A stretch of DNA of 64,000 nucleotides from the NCBI GenBank assembly GCA_024704765.1, contig JAKMXF010000233.1, positions 496,001 to 560,000 on the forward strand, in the 5' to 3' direction. Within the stretch, counting starts at the first letter, position 1, and every line of letters starts with the position of its first letter. Shown one piece after another: positions 27,301-39,064 of the stretch. The notes below the pieces were generated by a model. It was not told where the DNA came from, searched no databases, and saw nothing but the letters and a program-made list of their open reading frames with translations. The position numbers and the translations under genes were made by a program. The stretch comes from Oopsacas minuta. Its lineage: Eukaryota; Animalia; Porifera.

Positions 27301-30300
27301 GGCTTAAGCTACGAATCAGGAATTTTGGAACAAAATGGAGGTGTGAAATGGCCAGGAGGAGTAGTTCCCTCTGATGGGATCGAGTACCAACAGGATTCAA
27401 TAGGCCTCATCCAGTTCATTATAACAGGATTAATCGCCGCTACAGCTTTCATATTGTCAGTCGTATACATCATATTAACAGCATTTTATTGGAAAAGAAA
27501 GGTTATACAAGCTTACCAACCAACTTTGACGATAGTTATGCTAATTGGTGAGTTGTAGAAATAAGGTATAATCAACGCACACATTTTAATTCAATTAATA
27601 TACTTGGAAGTCAATCGGAAGTTGCACAACACCGTCCATATAAATACCCAAAAATGGAAAGACAATTATGTCGCAGTTCTAGGGGGGCGAATGGGGAATT
27701 TGAGAATCCTGGCGGCCCCCAGCCAGGACCTACCCGATCCTAAGACTGCACTGGACACAATTAACAATATTCTATTACAGGTACTCAACTACTCTATATA
27801 TTCATAATCCTGGAGGGTTTACAAAACTTAACAATAGGATCAGAAGAATTTATAGTTGGTACACTCGGTTATGACATCATATGTAACTTTAATCTATGGC
27901 TGGGATTCATTGGATTTGGTCTAACATATGGTCCAATATTTCTACGGACACTCGAGGCATTATATATCGTAGAATACAAGATAAAGCGACCGATGGCAAA
28001 GAAGAAATTCGTATTAAAGCCGGTGTATCTTATCGCGGCCTTGGCAGTGTATATAATAGCTGTTATAGCATACTTGGTTATTTGGACGGCTAACAGTTCT
28101 ACTAGATTAAAGTAAGTGACAGGGTAGTGCCTACAAACGGGGTAACGTGTAGAGATCGGCTTTGAGGTCCGCATAGGGGTAAAAATTACATTGAATACAA
28201 ACTTGAAATTCAGCATGTGTATGTAAAGTGGTCCACAGACGACAGCAGGGGGTCCACAGAATATATGAGAATTTAGTATAGGGGGTGAAAACGATTGGGG
28301 ATCGCAGTTCTGAGCGACACATCGCTTAGAAAAGGTGACGATATATGTGTCGCATATTAAACCACAATTTTCCATCCTATAGATTAGTAATGATTAGCAG
28401 ACAAGTGGAAATAGACAGGATACCGACGATAATATCAACACCTCTGTGTGGCTCACTATGTCAGACATGTAGACAGATCATAATAGGTATTCTTCTAGGT
28501 GTGAATTGTGTCCTTCTCACTTTAGGAATGTCATTTGTTATACTGACCAAAGATTTGAAGTATAAGGGACTAAATGATAGTGTGTATATTGGAGTCAGTG
28601 TCTACTCATTGGTCATATTTGGAGCATTCGCCTTTGGTGCAAGCGAGATACTGGAACTAAGTGTAAGTTACGTAACTATGTAATTTGTATTTCCAGTTGT
28701 CAAGGTATTTACATATAATTTGAACATTCCAATTAACAATCTAGGTTACTATCAGATATTCAATTACAGCATTCAGTTTAGTTATCGGTTTAATAGTAGT
28801 GTCGACTCTTATGGTGATCCCGAAGCTTATCATAGTATGGAAGGATAAAAATGAAGTGAACGAATATGGTGTAGTGCCACTCTTAAAATCACACCTAAGT
28901 GACAATGATTTCGCTGGGCAATACCGGAGACGTATCGACACCCTGGAAGCTGAAAACATACAATTACGTAAACAGATAAAGGGGTCAAGTGTAAAGAAGG
29001 AATCATTCAAGAAGAGAACATCTTTGTCTAGAGAAACTGATGAGAAACTGACGCACTCTGAGCTGGTTAATATCGATGAATTTCCTGGAGAGAATTAACC
29101 TATGTGCGTGTGTGTGAGATTGTAGATTTCAATCATTGCATGTTGCTTATTGAATTATAATAAACAAATAAACTTCCAGTACTATTGGGTGAGGGAAATA
29201 GTACATCACAGACACTCAACTCCAGTTATATCGAAGTGTGAGATTGTACAAATATGGTCACAAACCTTCTAAGTAACAGAAATCTTATCGGTCAAATCGC
29301 AGTAATTATCACCCCTTTAGCTTTATAACAGGAGTTGACCATTCTACATATCATGAATCTATTCACCAACTCCCTAACGTGTTTCTGTGACGTGTTATGT
29401 CCTAAGTTGAATAATTCATTTTGAATTAATAACGTTCTGACCCAATTTTAATGCATAAATAGGATTAGTATTAAGTCGAGTTGATAAATATGAATTCTCT
29501 ATATTACGAACAGTTTCTCTAGTCCCCTAGTGGTTCAGAATTCGCGGCACTGACATATATTATTCAATATCATTATGAATTGTATAAACCCATTAACTAA
29601 CCAACTCTTCAAAAAGAATAATCAATACATTGAGAAAGAATTATTCAACTTAGGTTATGTCCCAGTTTCCATGGTTACCTCGTTGATATTCGGCAACACC
29701 TCTCAGCGAGGGAAGCGATTAGAATACAAACAAATAAGCACACCAACAAACAAACAAACAAACCTCATCTCTCCATAACAAAGTCTGTACGAGGAATCTA
29801 TACGCATTAAACCAAGGCAAAAACACGTCCTTAATAATATCTCTCACTCCCTCTTCTCTGAATTTCATATCCTCTCCCCTGACACAGGGTGACGTGACTA
29901 AATACAGTCTCAATGCGTCGCTACCGAACTTATCAACAATCAACATAGGATCGGGATAATTCTTGAGTTTTTTAGACATCTTTTGGCCGTTAGAAGCTCT
30001 TACAATTCCATTTACTACCAAGTTCTTGAACGGAGCTTTTCCAAATAAAATAGTACTGATTACTAAGAGTGTGTAGAACCTATAGGGGTAGTATTAATAT
30101 GGGATTATAAAGGTTGGGGACAGCTGGAGGTATTTTGACATCTTTTAGATCATACAGTGGGTCATAATTCGTACCCTATGGTGCTGTTTTGACACCTTTA
30201 AACGGGATATAGGGATGGACCTGAATAACTGGTTTTGTTTCTAGTCAAGTGATTCTATTAAACTCTTTGCTGAATCTCAAATTCCAATAACGTATGATAG

Positions 30301-33300
30301 TAACTAGGGAATAACTCACCATCCTCTTGTTTGATCAATACCCTCTGCAATGAAATCAGCTGGGAAAATTGTATCAAATTGCTTTCTCTTATCAAATGGG
30401 TAATGAGCTTGAGCATAAGGCATACTACCACTTTCAAACCAACAGTCTAACACCTCTGAGATTCTCTTCAAGTTGGGTCCACCTCTTTTACTAGGTATCT
30501 CTATATGATCTATGCTATTGGAGAAGAAATATATTAATCATATATCCACACAAACTGCCATATCCATTTCCCCCCAGGTATGCCAGGTCCTGGGACCACC
30601 CACATGGTCCATATTTGTGACACAACCACGCAATACCCTTTGTCACTTTTCAAGCCACTAACGGATAATCTATGAAGTGGCCAAAAGTGGCTGTTATAGA
30701 CTGGCTTAAACTAGAGTGAATCAGTTTAAGTGGCAGTGATGAAGTGGATATATATTGTGTCACAATGAATATCTATCCGAAGTATATAATCAGGAAATTA
30801 CTTTTCTCGGTGTAGATCTGTTACTTTAGCACCTGATAACTCTTCTAATTCTTGAATAGAACCGACACAAACCACTTCTGAGAAGTCTGCATTGGTCCAA
30901 ATTGGCATCGGTGTCCCCCAGTACCTGTTACGAGAAATAGCCCAATCTCTGGAACTCTCTAACCAATTATGGAATCGTCTTTCTTGGACGAATTCTGGTA
31001 CCCTAAAGTTGACAAATTTTAAATATGTCGCATCGAATAGTACTCGGGGTGATTATTCATATTTTAACACCCTTGGACAGAGGACATAACATATAATCAC
31101 ATAATCATAGCCTTCTCTACATGAATATATTCACCAACTCCCTAACGTGCTTCTGTGACGTGTTATGTCCCAGTTTCCATGGTTACTTCGTTGGTATTCC
31201 GCAACACCCCTCAGCGAGGGAGGCGATTATTCGGATGGCATTCCTTGGGGCAGTATATAGATAGTTCCAGTTTATAACACTTACCAATAACTGTTTCTAT
31301 TATTCTCCAATAGTTTCGGTATAATATCCTGAACTCGTATAAACCAGGAGGGTACGGCCTTGTACAGTAACGGAGTCTCAGACCTCCAACAAAATGGGTA
31401 ATTATGCTTAACACTAGAATTCTGTATTAACCTTCCCTCTGTATTCAATTGCTTAATTATCTTCTTATCTGCATCCTAGAAATAAGGTTTGTAAAGGTGT
31501 GAAATTGTACAAATATGGTCCAAACCGGGGTGTAGATGTATGATCTTAAGTCTCCAATGGAAGTGGATCATTTGCTGACCCATCAGAGCTCTGTTGAATA
31601 GGCACTATGGGTCGATAATTTAGAGGAGCTTATGAGAGGGAAATTACTCCCAAAAATACGAAATACTAGAAATTAACACCTATAGTTCCAGTTTAATCCG
31701 CTACCCTGGGCTCAACATCAGATTGGGAACCATTGAACTATATTTTGTTATTATTGACAAATACCTTAACGTAAACACCAGCATATTCTGTAATCTCAAG
31801 AGTAAACAATCCGCTCTCATCAACAGGACACACCACACCTTCATCTTTAAGGAACACTTGATTAGCTAAACAAATACGATAATCATCCTCTCCGAATCCT
31901 GGCGCCTGATGGACAACACCTGTACCCTCTGATGACGTCACGTATGTGTCAGTTAAGACTCTAAATGCGCCTGTAAATAGAATATATGTAAATAAGGTGT
32001 AGCCTCGCAAACTTTATTCAAAGGTGTCAAATGTTCTATACAATGAATAATACATTGGAATTTGCCCATATATGTCTAGTTACCAATTCAAAGGTGTCAA
32101 ATCTCTTGACCTATCAGATTGAAGTGTTGGAATGGCCAGCTGAATTGTTTGTAAATAATAATCAAAACAAAGAATATATCACCTTTATTCGGGTTATCTG
32201 AACGAAGTTTCTCAAAATATTTGAATAATGGAATATATCTGAGGCCGAATAGTTTCTGTCCTTGAAATCTAAATAACAACAAATTGAATTGAGTAAACAA
32301 CTAACAATAAACGCAAACAAACAAGCAAATAATCACAAAGACAACCCGATAACTAAACAAATAAACAAACAAACAACTTACTTCTCAATGATTTCATAAT
32401 CCTCCTCTTTCTTAAACAATATACACAATCTATCTTCCATCATTATATATGTTTTACCGCGCTTAATGTCACGTACTTTTACATAACAGAAATCAGGATG
32501 TACACAAACAGCTAAATTAGAGGGAAGAGTCCATGGGGTAGTAGTCCAGGCGATGAGACTAATATCTGGATCTGTCTCAAGGGGGAAGGTGACGATTATG
32601 GCGGGATCTACTACTTCTTTGTAGTTCTGTCCTGCCTCGAAGTTAGACAGAGGGGTGTGGCAGGCAGAGGAGAATGGCATTACCTAGAAGAGACACAATT
32701 CGAGGATGAAAAATTCCACAAATATTTCAAAGTGACATATATCCCATTGGTTATATCGAAGTAATTATTACGGTCCCTTGAGGGTCGATATAACAGGAGT
32801 TAACTGTAGTTTATTAAACTTAATGAAATTAACAAAATACAGCATTCTAAAGGTGTGAAATTATGATGTATACCTTGAACCCTCTATATACCATCCCTTT
32901 CTCATAGATCTGCTTAAACACCCACCAAATACTCTCCATGAACCATGGATACATCGTTTTATAATCGTTCTTGAAATCAATCCATCTTCCCATTCTCTCT
33001 ACTATCTTCTCCCATTCACTAGCGTATCTCATTACTATACTCCGGCATTTGGCATTGTACCTACAAGATACATGTATTGATTATATGTTTGTTTGTTTGT
33101 TTGTTTGTTTGTTTGTTTGTTTGTTTGTTTATTTGTTTGTATATTTGTTTATTCCTCACACATCAATCCCCATTTTCTCAACATCGGCTGGACCCAAAAT
33201 ATTATTTGTTTTATCAATCTCATATTCTACTGGAAGGCCGTGACAATCCCAACCGAATCTCCTCTCAACATAGAAACCATTCGCTGTTGCATATCTGTAA

Positions 33301-33695
33301 AATAAACAATAGAGTAAACAAAAGTTCTTGCCCTATCAGATTTGAGGGTTTTCCAATTAAGTGCGTATAGGCTGATACTAGATTTCTGCGAAAATACCAG
33401 CGATTTATTGGTCGATTTCACCCAATCAATTTCAATCCTATAAGTGCGGGTAAATACGCACTTATTCCACTCACCTTGTGACAACATCCTTTATAGTGCC
33501 AGCTAAAATGTGTCCATAATGTGGCATCCCAGTAGCAAAAGGTGGTCCATCATAGAATGTGTATCTGGGACGATCTTTTGATAAAGCGAGTTGTTGCTCA
33601 AACACGTTAATTTCCCTCCAAAACTTCAAAATACTTTCTTCTTCAGTTGGAAAATTTATATTTGAATTTACAGATTTAAGGAAAGTTTGCGACAT
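21335..33695 (-). CDS. IARS1: Cytosolic isoleucyl-tRNA synthetase, multi-exon
   Basis: [16 protein letters not shown] (HIGH motif), [70 protein letters not shown] (KMSKS motif), DKWILS..QSL anticodon-binding region. Start taken at MSQTF (33695); last exon approximate. Confidence 0.96.
21576..21671. mobile_element. hAT-like MITE family D (CAG..TTCCCAACC ends); relatives ~530, 3408, 11702, 22935, 24225, 25085, 28225, 56140
   Basis: CAGCGTTTCCCAACCT...AGGTTGGGAACAGCTG inverted ends; shared core ggtccacagacgacagcaggg. No clean 8-bp TSD visible, so the hAT assignment is tentative. Confidence 0.65.
24507..29098 (+). CDS. GABA-B-like class C GPCR (Venus flytrap + 7TM + C-terminal coiled coil), nested antisense in an IARS1 intron
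   Basis: Signal-peptide-like exon ([12 protein letters not shown]), [50 protein letters not shown] exons with [21 protein letters not shown], tail [20 protein letters not shown]. Start ATG at 24507 is a guess (ATG|gtataa micro-exon). Confidence 0.88.
26404..26548. mobile_element. MITE family E (TIR CAATCTGTGCCGACA, TA-flanked); other copies ~48068, 60353-60492, 61798, 62489
   Basis: TA|CAATCTGTGCTGACA...TGTCGGCACAGATTG|TA with internal inverted aattgaaggcacta / tagtgcctccaatt. Confidence 0.8.
33085..33150. repeat. (TTTG)n microsatellite in IARS1 intron (representative of many)
   Basis: Long gtttgtttgttt run; similar runs at ~1200, 9440-9540, 44620, 48175, 60330. Confidence 0.92.
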
Positions 33696-34291
33696 ATCTA
33701 GTTGAAAATCAAGTAAAGATATATTCATATTTTCACACCATAAAATGTCTAATTATTGCCAAAATTATAAGCAAAAGGTGTGAAAATATGTATATAAACC
33801 TGTCAAGTTTTTGGCTTTAATTTTCAAATAAAAATCGAAAAGTTACTTATATTAATAGTAATTTCTAAATATAGAATCGATTATTCCTGTTAACCAATAA
33901 AAACGCTTCTATAAATAGATTTGAGGCTATATTTAGTGTCATGAATACGCATATGTGATTCTTCTTGTTGGTAGCCAATTCTCAAAGGTGTAAATAGTAT
34001 CCAAATGGTGTGATAATGTGTAAAATCTTGGTTGTGAAAAAATATTTAAATTTGAATAGTTTAGGCATTCAAATTGCACAAATATATAAGATAGCTGAAA
34101 GACGAATTTTTCGTTGGAAAAAGCGAATGTGTTTTGTTTGAAAAAATGTAGATAATTACAAATATCTATGTAAGGTTATAGAAAATCATAAACTGCATAA
34201 AGATATGGCTTAAGATGTCGTAAAACTACATTCCATATATTAAAATGGTTGCTAAGAGATGAGAAATGCGAATTTAATTGAGCGAAAGAAA

Positions 34292-35540
34292 CTAAGAAAA
34301 TATTTGTAATACAAATTTCTGGTTATTAGATAGACAAATACATTTGTTGTTGTGTGTTGTAATGCCAACAGGGTAGTCAAACATTCCAGCTTCATGTCCT
34401 CTCTGTCCTATCGTGTGTAGGAGGTCTCCTTCTGGTGAAAATACTTTGATTTGATTCGCTTCACAGTCGCTAATGAGGATGTTATCGCGCTCGTCCAAGC
34501 AGAAGAAGTATGCCTTTCCAATCTGCATTCCACTGCTTCCTCTGGTTACTAAGGAGCGGGACTTCTCGCCTGAGAGAGTAAACACGTGGATGCACGGATT
34601 GTTATTTGTACTCAACACAAACATTTCTTTGTTTGAGAATTTAACATCTACCGGTTGAGTCATGGATTCGTGTCGCAACGAGTCTTTGAATTCCAGATTT
34701 GTTGTCATGATCTGTATTCTGTTGTTGTTATGATCTGGTACATAGAGGTGTTGATTAGGTGAGATGGCGAGTTGTTTCGGAGAATCGAACTCTTCACTAC
34801 CAGATCCTTGGCTGCCGACTAGCTTAATCATTGTTAGGTCTGAGAGCCTGTATTGGAGGATAGTGTGATGTCCTGTGTCTGTGACATAAATGTTGTCCTG
34901 ATGGATTAGGACACCCCATGGCTTATTCAGGTGTTGATCTCCGAATATGTTGACTAGGTCTCCTGTTTGTGAGAATATTTGGATTCGACTGTTCTTTCTA
35001 TCTGCCACATAAATGTGTCCAGATTCTGTTTCAATTGAGACACCTCGTGGCCAATTGAACTCACCACGAGCTGATCCTATTTTCCCAACAGCAACAATGG
35101 GCTGTTGGAATGCTGAGTAGTTGGGAATGGTTGTCGTAGGAGGGATCTCATTTTGGGGTGATCTCTCCCAGACGGGTGATGCGTTCCTCGAGGTCATGTG
35201 TATCACACATAAACCTCAGTTCTTGAGGTAGAGATACTTTAGCGTGTATTTCAGTCTGTTTAGCTTCCATCTCTGCCAAAATTCGTTTTTGTATGGACTG
35301 AAGCAGATTATGGGTTATTTGGCCTTCTAGAAACATGCGAGAATGTAACAGCTGTTGATCGATTTGTTCACGCGCCAGCTGATTGGCCCTGGTCTCTTCG
35401 CGCCTGTTCCTTAAGGTGGTTAAGAGATGTACCCTTCTCTGATTGAGGATGGATATCAACCTGTCTATTGATTGGTTGATTTCTACCTCTATGGGGTCGA
35501 GAAGTGGCATGCAGATTGTCTCAGGAAATTGTGTCGCCAT
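34292..35540 (-). pseudogene. Intronless coiled-coil + NHL-repeat gene, single +1 frameshift near 35155 (pseudogene or homopolymer error)
   Basis: ORF 35148-35540 (MATQFPETIC..., coiled coil) and ORF 34292-35206 (GEFNWPRGV, NHL repeats) overlap in different frames; removing one C from ATCACCCCAAAAT gives a continuous EIT-QNEIPP reading. Confidence 0.7.
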
Positions 35541-36072
35541 TGCAAATTGTTTTTTGATGAAAATTACTTGTTTGAATTGAGTTTAATGTTTGTTTGTTTG
35601 TTTGTTATTTACAAATAATTTATAGTTTCTATTGAATTAATAGTCTCAAATACAAAACTGCTGAACTGACACAATTAGTGGAAATATAACCACACTTCTC
35701 AGTAGATTGTGTCGTGTGGCCACTTCTATGAACTCTGTTCTTGTGACACAATATTATTCCATATAACTTTGCTGACTCGATAATTTGTATTTATATGTTG
35801 TCTCAAGGGCCCTCTGACTTTATTTGGCTCCTTGGAGCGTGAGGCCCAGGCTATATAGCCATCTTTGGTCCATTTTATTCAACAGTCCAAATGTTATACA
35901 GATGAAATAAAGATAGAGTATTCCATTACAACTATTAAACATACATTCAAACGGGTTATTTAAACATCTAGTTGAATGACTGAATGACTAGCTAAACAGT
36001 ACTCAGTAGTTACAAACAAACATAACTGAATGAATAACTTAAGTCAATTAATAATAATACAAATGGAATTCA

Positions 36073-37221
36073 TTAAACTTGTGCATATATTCTCGTCCAT
36101 TGTCTAGCTGTTGCGATCGCTTTCGTTTCATTTGCCTTCCACGCAGCTGCTACGTCGTTGGCCAATGGATCATCAGGGTTCGGTGCGGATAAGAGGCCTT
36201 GAACGGTGAGGAGGACTGTGCGGATTGTCAGGGCCGGGGTCCATTTGTCTTTTAGTGTGTCGAGGCAAATGCGACCTATATAAAGCCTAGATTGAATACC
36301 TAATACCTCGAATGGTAACTAGGGTAAATATTCATAAATTAGCACCCTAGGGGAAGGAGTGTAGGCGGTGATTATTCATATTTTAACACCCTTGGACAGA
36401 GGACATAACATATAATCACATACTACATTCCATGAATCATAGCATTCTATACATGAATATATTCACCAACTCCCTAACGTCCTTCTGTGACGTGTTATGT
36501 CACAGTTTCCATGGTTACCTCGTTGGTATTTGGCTACACCCCTCAGCGAGGGAGGTGATTTCTTCTATTCGACACAACGAGATACCGGAAAACTCTATGC
36601 TTTCAGTTCTATGAATATTATTGGAACTATAACTAACTTACCCAGCTGATCGATGTTAGGATGATATATCTTGGTAATAAATCTCAGTTTGGGAGGAGTC
36701 ATGGGGTAGTCCTCTGGCAGGAATAATTCCATCTTAAACTTCCCTGATTCAAAGGGTGTGTCTTTAGGTCCATTCACAATAACATGGAAGTATCTACAAT
36801 ACAAAGTATAAATACAATGGAAACGGGGGGAACTTCTGAAAACTGAATGAAAATGAATAAAGCGCTTTCCTAATCCCATACAAATGAGCATTCACAAACG
36901 AGTAAGCAATTTTCGGCGTCCTTAGCACGCCGTTTGTGGAAGATACACTGTACAGTAGATCAGGGTATCTCAAACTCTCATGCCCCACGTTCGGTTATAT
37001 ATGGTCATACAATGGAACCTACACTAATTGGGACGGTTTGTGACCATATTTGTACAATTTCATACTTCTATCCATATCCGTGTTAGATATAACGGAAGTT
37101 GACTGTACCTACAGACATACCTAGCGTTATTTTCATCCGGTCTAGCATCAATACCCGGGACAGGTTCTGATAGTAGTTTCTCTGTTTCACGTAAAATTCG
37201 CTTAGGTAGGCCTCCTGCCAT
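36073..37221 (-). CDS. UBE2N: Ubiquitin-conjugating enzyme E2 N (Ubc13), 3 exons
   Basis: [24 protein letters not shown]...NAR|[51 protein letters not shown]|[42 protein letters not shown]; catalytic Cys in RICLD. Confidence 0.96.
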
Positions 37222-37665
37222 CTGTGTTATCTATTCTAATTGAATTAGGCATATATCCATATAAGATATATATATAGCAACGACACAATTTCAGTCTGGT
37301 GTCACTTTTGAGCCACTAACGACAGGAATTGAGTGGCAGATATGTGAAATTACCGACAGTATAAGCGGCGGACATACATGAGTCCACTTTGGAATGTGTC
37401 ACACAAGGATAGAATGCAATAGGCATTAGTTCATGTAGATAAAATTGGTTCACTCCCAATATGATAAAATATGAGTATATAGATGGTACGCCTAAGCCGT
37501 ATGAATATACGTCCACCCCTGTATTACTAGAAATCTACAGCTATGTAATTAGATTAGGCATCACACTATGCAAACAATTGGAATCCACTCGAATAAAGAT
37601 TTATGTAACTAAAGATAAGAACACAAGTATGCAATACATACTTGCTAACCTGTGTGAAGAATAAA

Positions 37666-37830
37666 GCAGGACGTAAGGTGCGAATTTAGCGGACATCCGG
37701 GACGTAGCATATTTGATTAAACTGGACTACAAAATGCGGGACATTAAGGCTTTTGGCAAGTTTTGGCGGGACATTTAGCCTCATTGCCCCTTAATAACTG
37801 TCTGAAAAAGCGGGACAGTTGGCAAGTGAG
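37666..37830. repeat. Dispersed GC-richer repeat (…ctacaaaaatgcgggac…ttttggcggga…); also ~19010-19130, 21735-21840, 46925-47050
   Basis: Same motif order recurs at four sites; ends not resolved. Confidence 0.6.
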
Positions 37831-38667
37831 GGGATGCTAGCCAGAGGGGTAGCTAGCATTTCCTCTTTTTGCGAACACCACTGTATTATTTGGGAGTTCT
37901 AGCAACCTCACTGAACATCCTGCATCTACACATCAATCATGTTTATGCCACAAGTTGACGCCCCATTCTTAACTAATAGGCTCATGCCACTTCAGGAACC
38001 AAATATCTTAGCTCTGACCATAGCAACCAGGATTGTAGCATTGGAATTTTCGTGGGTTTTAAAGATTCCACAAACACAATTGAAGTATCAACATGCCACA
38101 AATTCTATAACTTGGTAAAAGAATTAGGAAAGACACCAACAGACAAAATGATAAAAAGCCTTATACAAATATTTATGGAAGAACAATAGGCAAATGCAAT
38201 TACAATCAATTCTATTGTACAAGAAAATGATAACATAAAATGCTGTGTAATCAATTAGGTGCAAAGAATATACCAACAATGGAATATACAAACAATAGAA
38301 TATATATATTGAATCGTAAAGACTCAAATAGATATGAATAACAGTGAAATATTGTGTAAATAAATAAGAAATTAATTGAAAGCGTATCGAGGTAAATATC
38401 CATAGTCCATGTGTGTATATATTATAAACTTGCTAGACAAAATGGCGCCCTATATAAGTGTACATTTTGAAGATATATACGAAAAATTAATTTTGAGGTG
38501 AATTGACAAATCTGGTAGAAAAGGTCAGTTGATTATTTATTGAAAATGTCACCTGGAAATTTCGAATTTTTGTAAATATGTTGTTAGTGTTTGTTTTTGG
38601 TGTTTACTTCCTGAAATTATTCTCCTTTCATATTCAAAATATTCAATTCTATAGTAAACATGAGTAT

Positions 38668-38805
38668 ATTTGTTTGTTTGTTTGTTTGTATGTATGTTTG
38701 TATGTTTGTCTAGTTGTGTGTCTGTGTGTCTGTGTGCCTGTGTGTCTGTGTGTCTGTTTGTCTGTTTGTTTGTGTGTCTGTTTGTGTATTTATTTGTTTA
38801 CTTGT
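38668..38805. repeat. Compound (TTTG/TGTC/TGTG)n microsatellite upstream of plexin
   Basis: Seen directly; explains the spurious C/V/L-rich ORFs at 38578-38905. Confidence 0.9.
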
Positions 38806-39064
38806 GCATTTACTGCATGTTGAACAAATACATATTTATCAATTTCTTATTAGTAACAATAGTCCGCAGTTTGTAGGTCAAAGTTACTCTTTTGAAAATG
38901 AATAATGAATAATTATTGAAAGTAGTGAATGTTAAAATTATTGCGAAAATTGCTAAGAATCAAATATTAACCAAGCGATAAAAGTAATTAGCATATTTGC
39001 ATGTTTGAACCAAAAATGGCACATACATGTGAATCATGAATACTTAAAAATCTTTTTATTGTAG

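Noticed and set aside
32971-33370. ORFs rich in FVCL/CLFV (also 38578-38905, 1126-1485 tail, 44484-44702 tail)
   Set aside because: Translations of (TTTG)n/(TGTC)n microsatellites.
9723-36560. Recurring ~200-bp repeats as a CRISPR array or introner elements
   Set aside because: Dispersed, not regularly spaced, no cas genes; they sit inside introns rather than forming whole introns with their own splice sites.
37222-39064. Short ORFs in the UBE2N-plexin spacer (37316, 37461, 38124)
   Set aside because: No recognisable domain or consistent splice chain; likely divergent promoter, UTR and repeat sequence.
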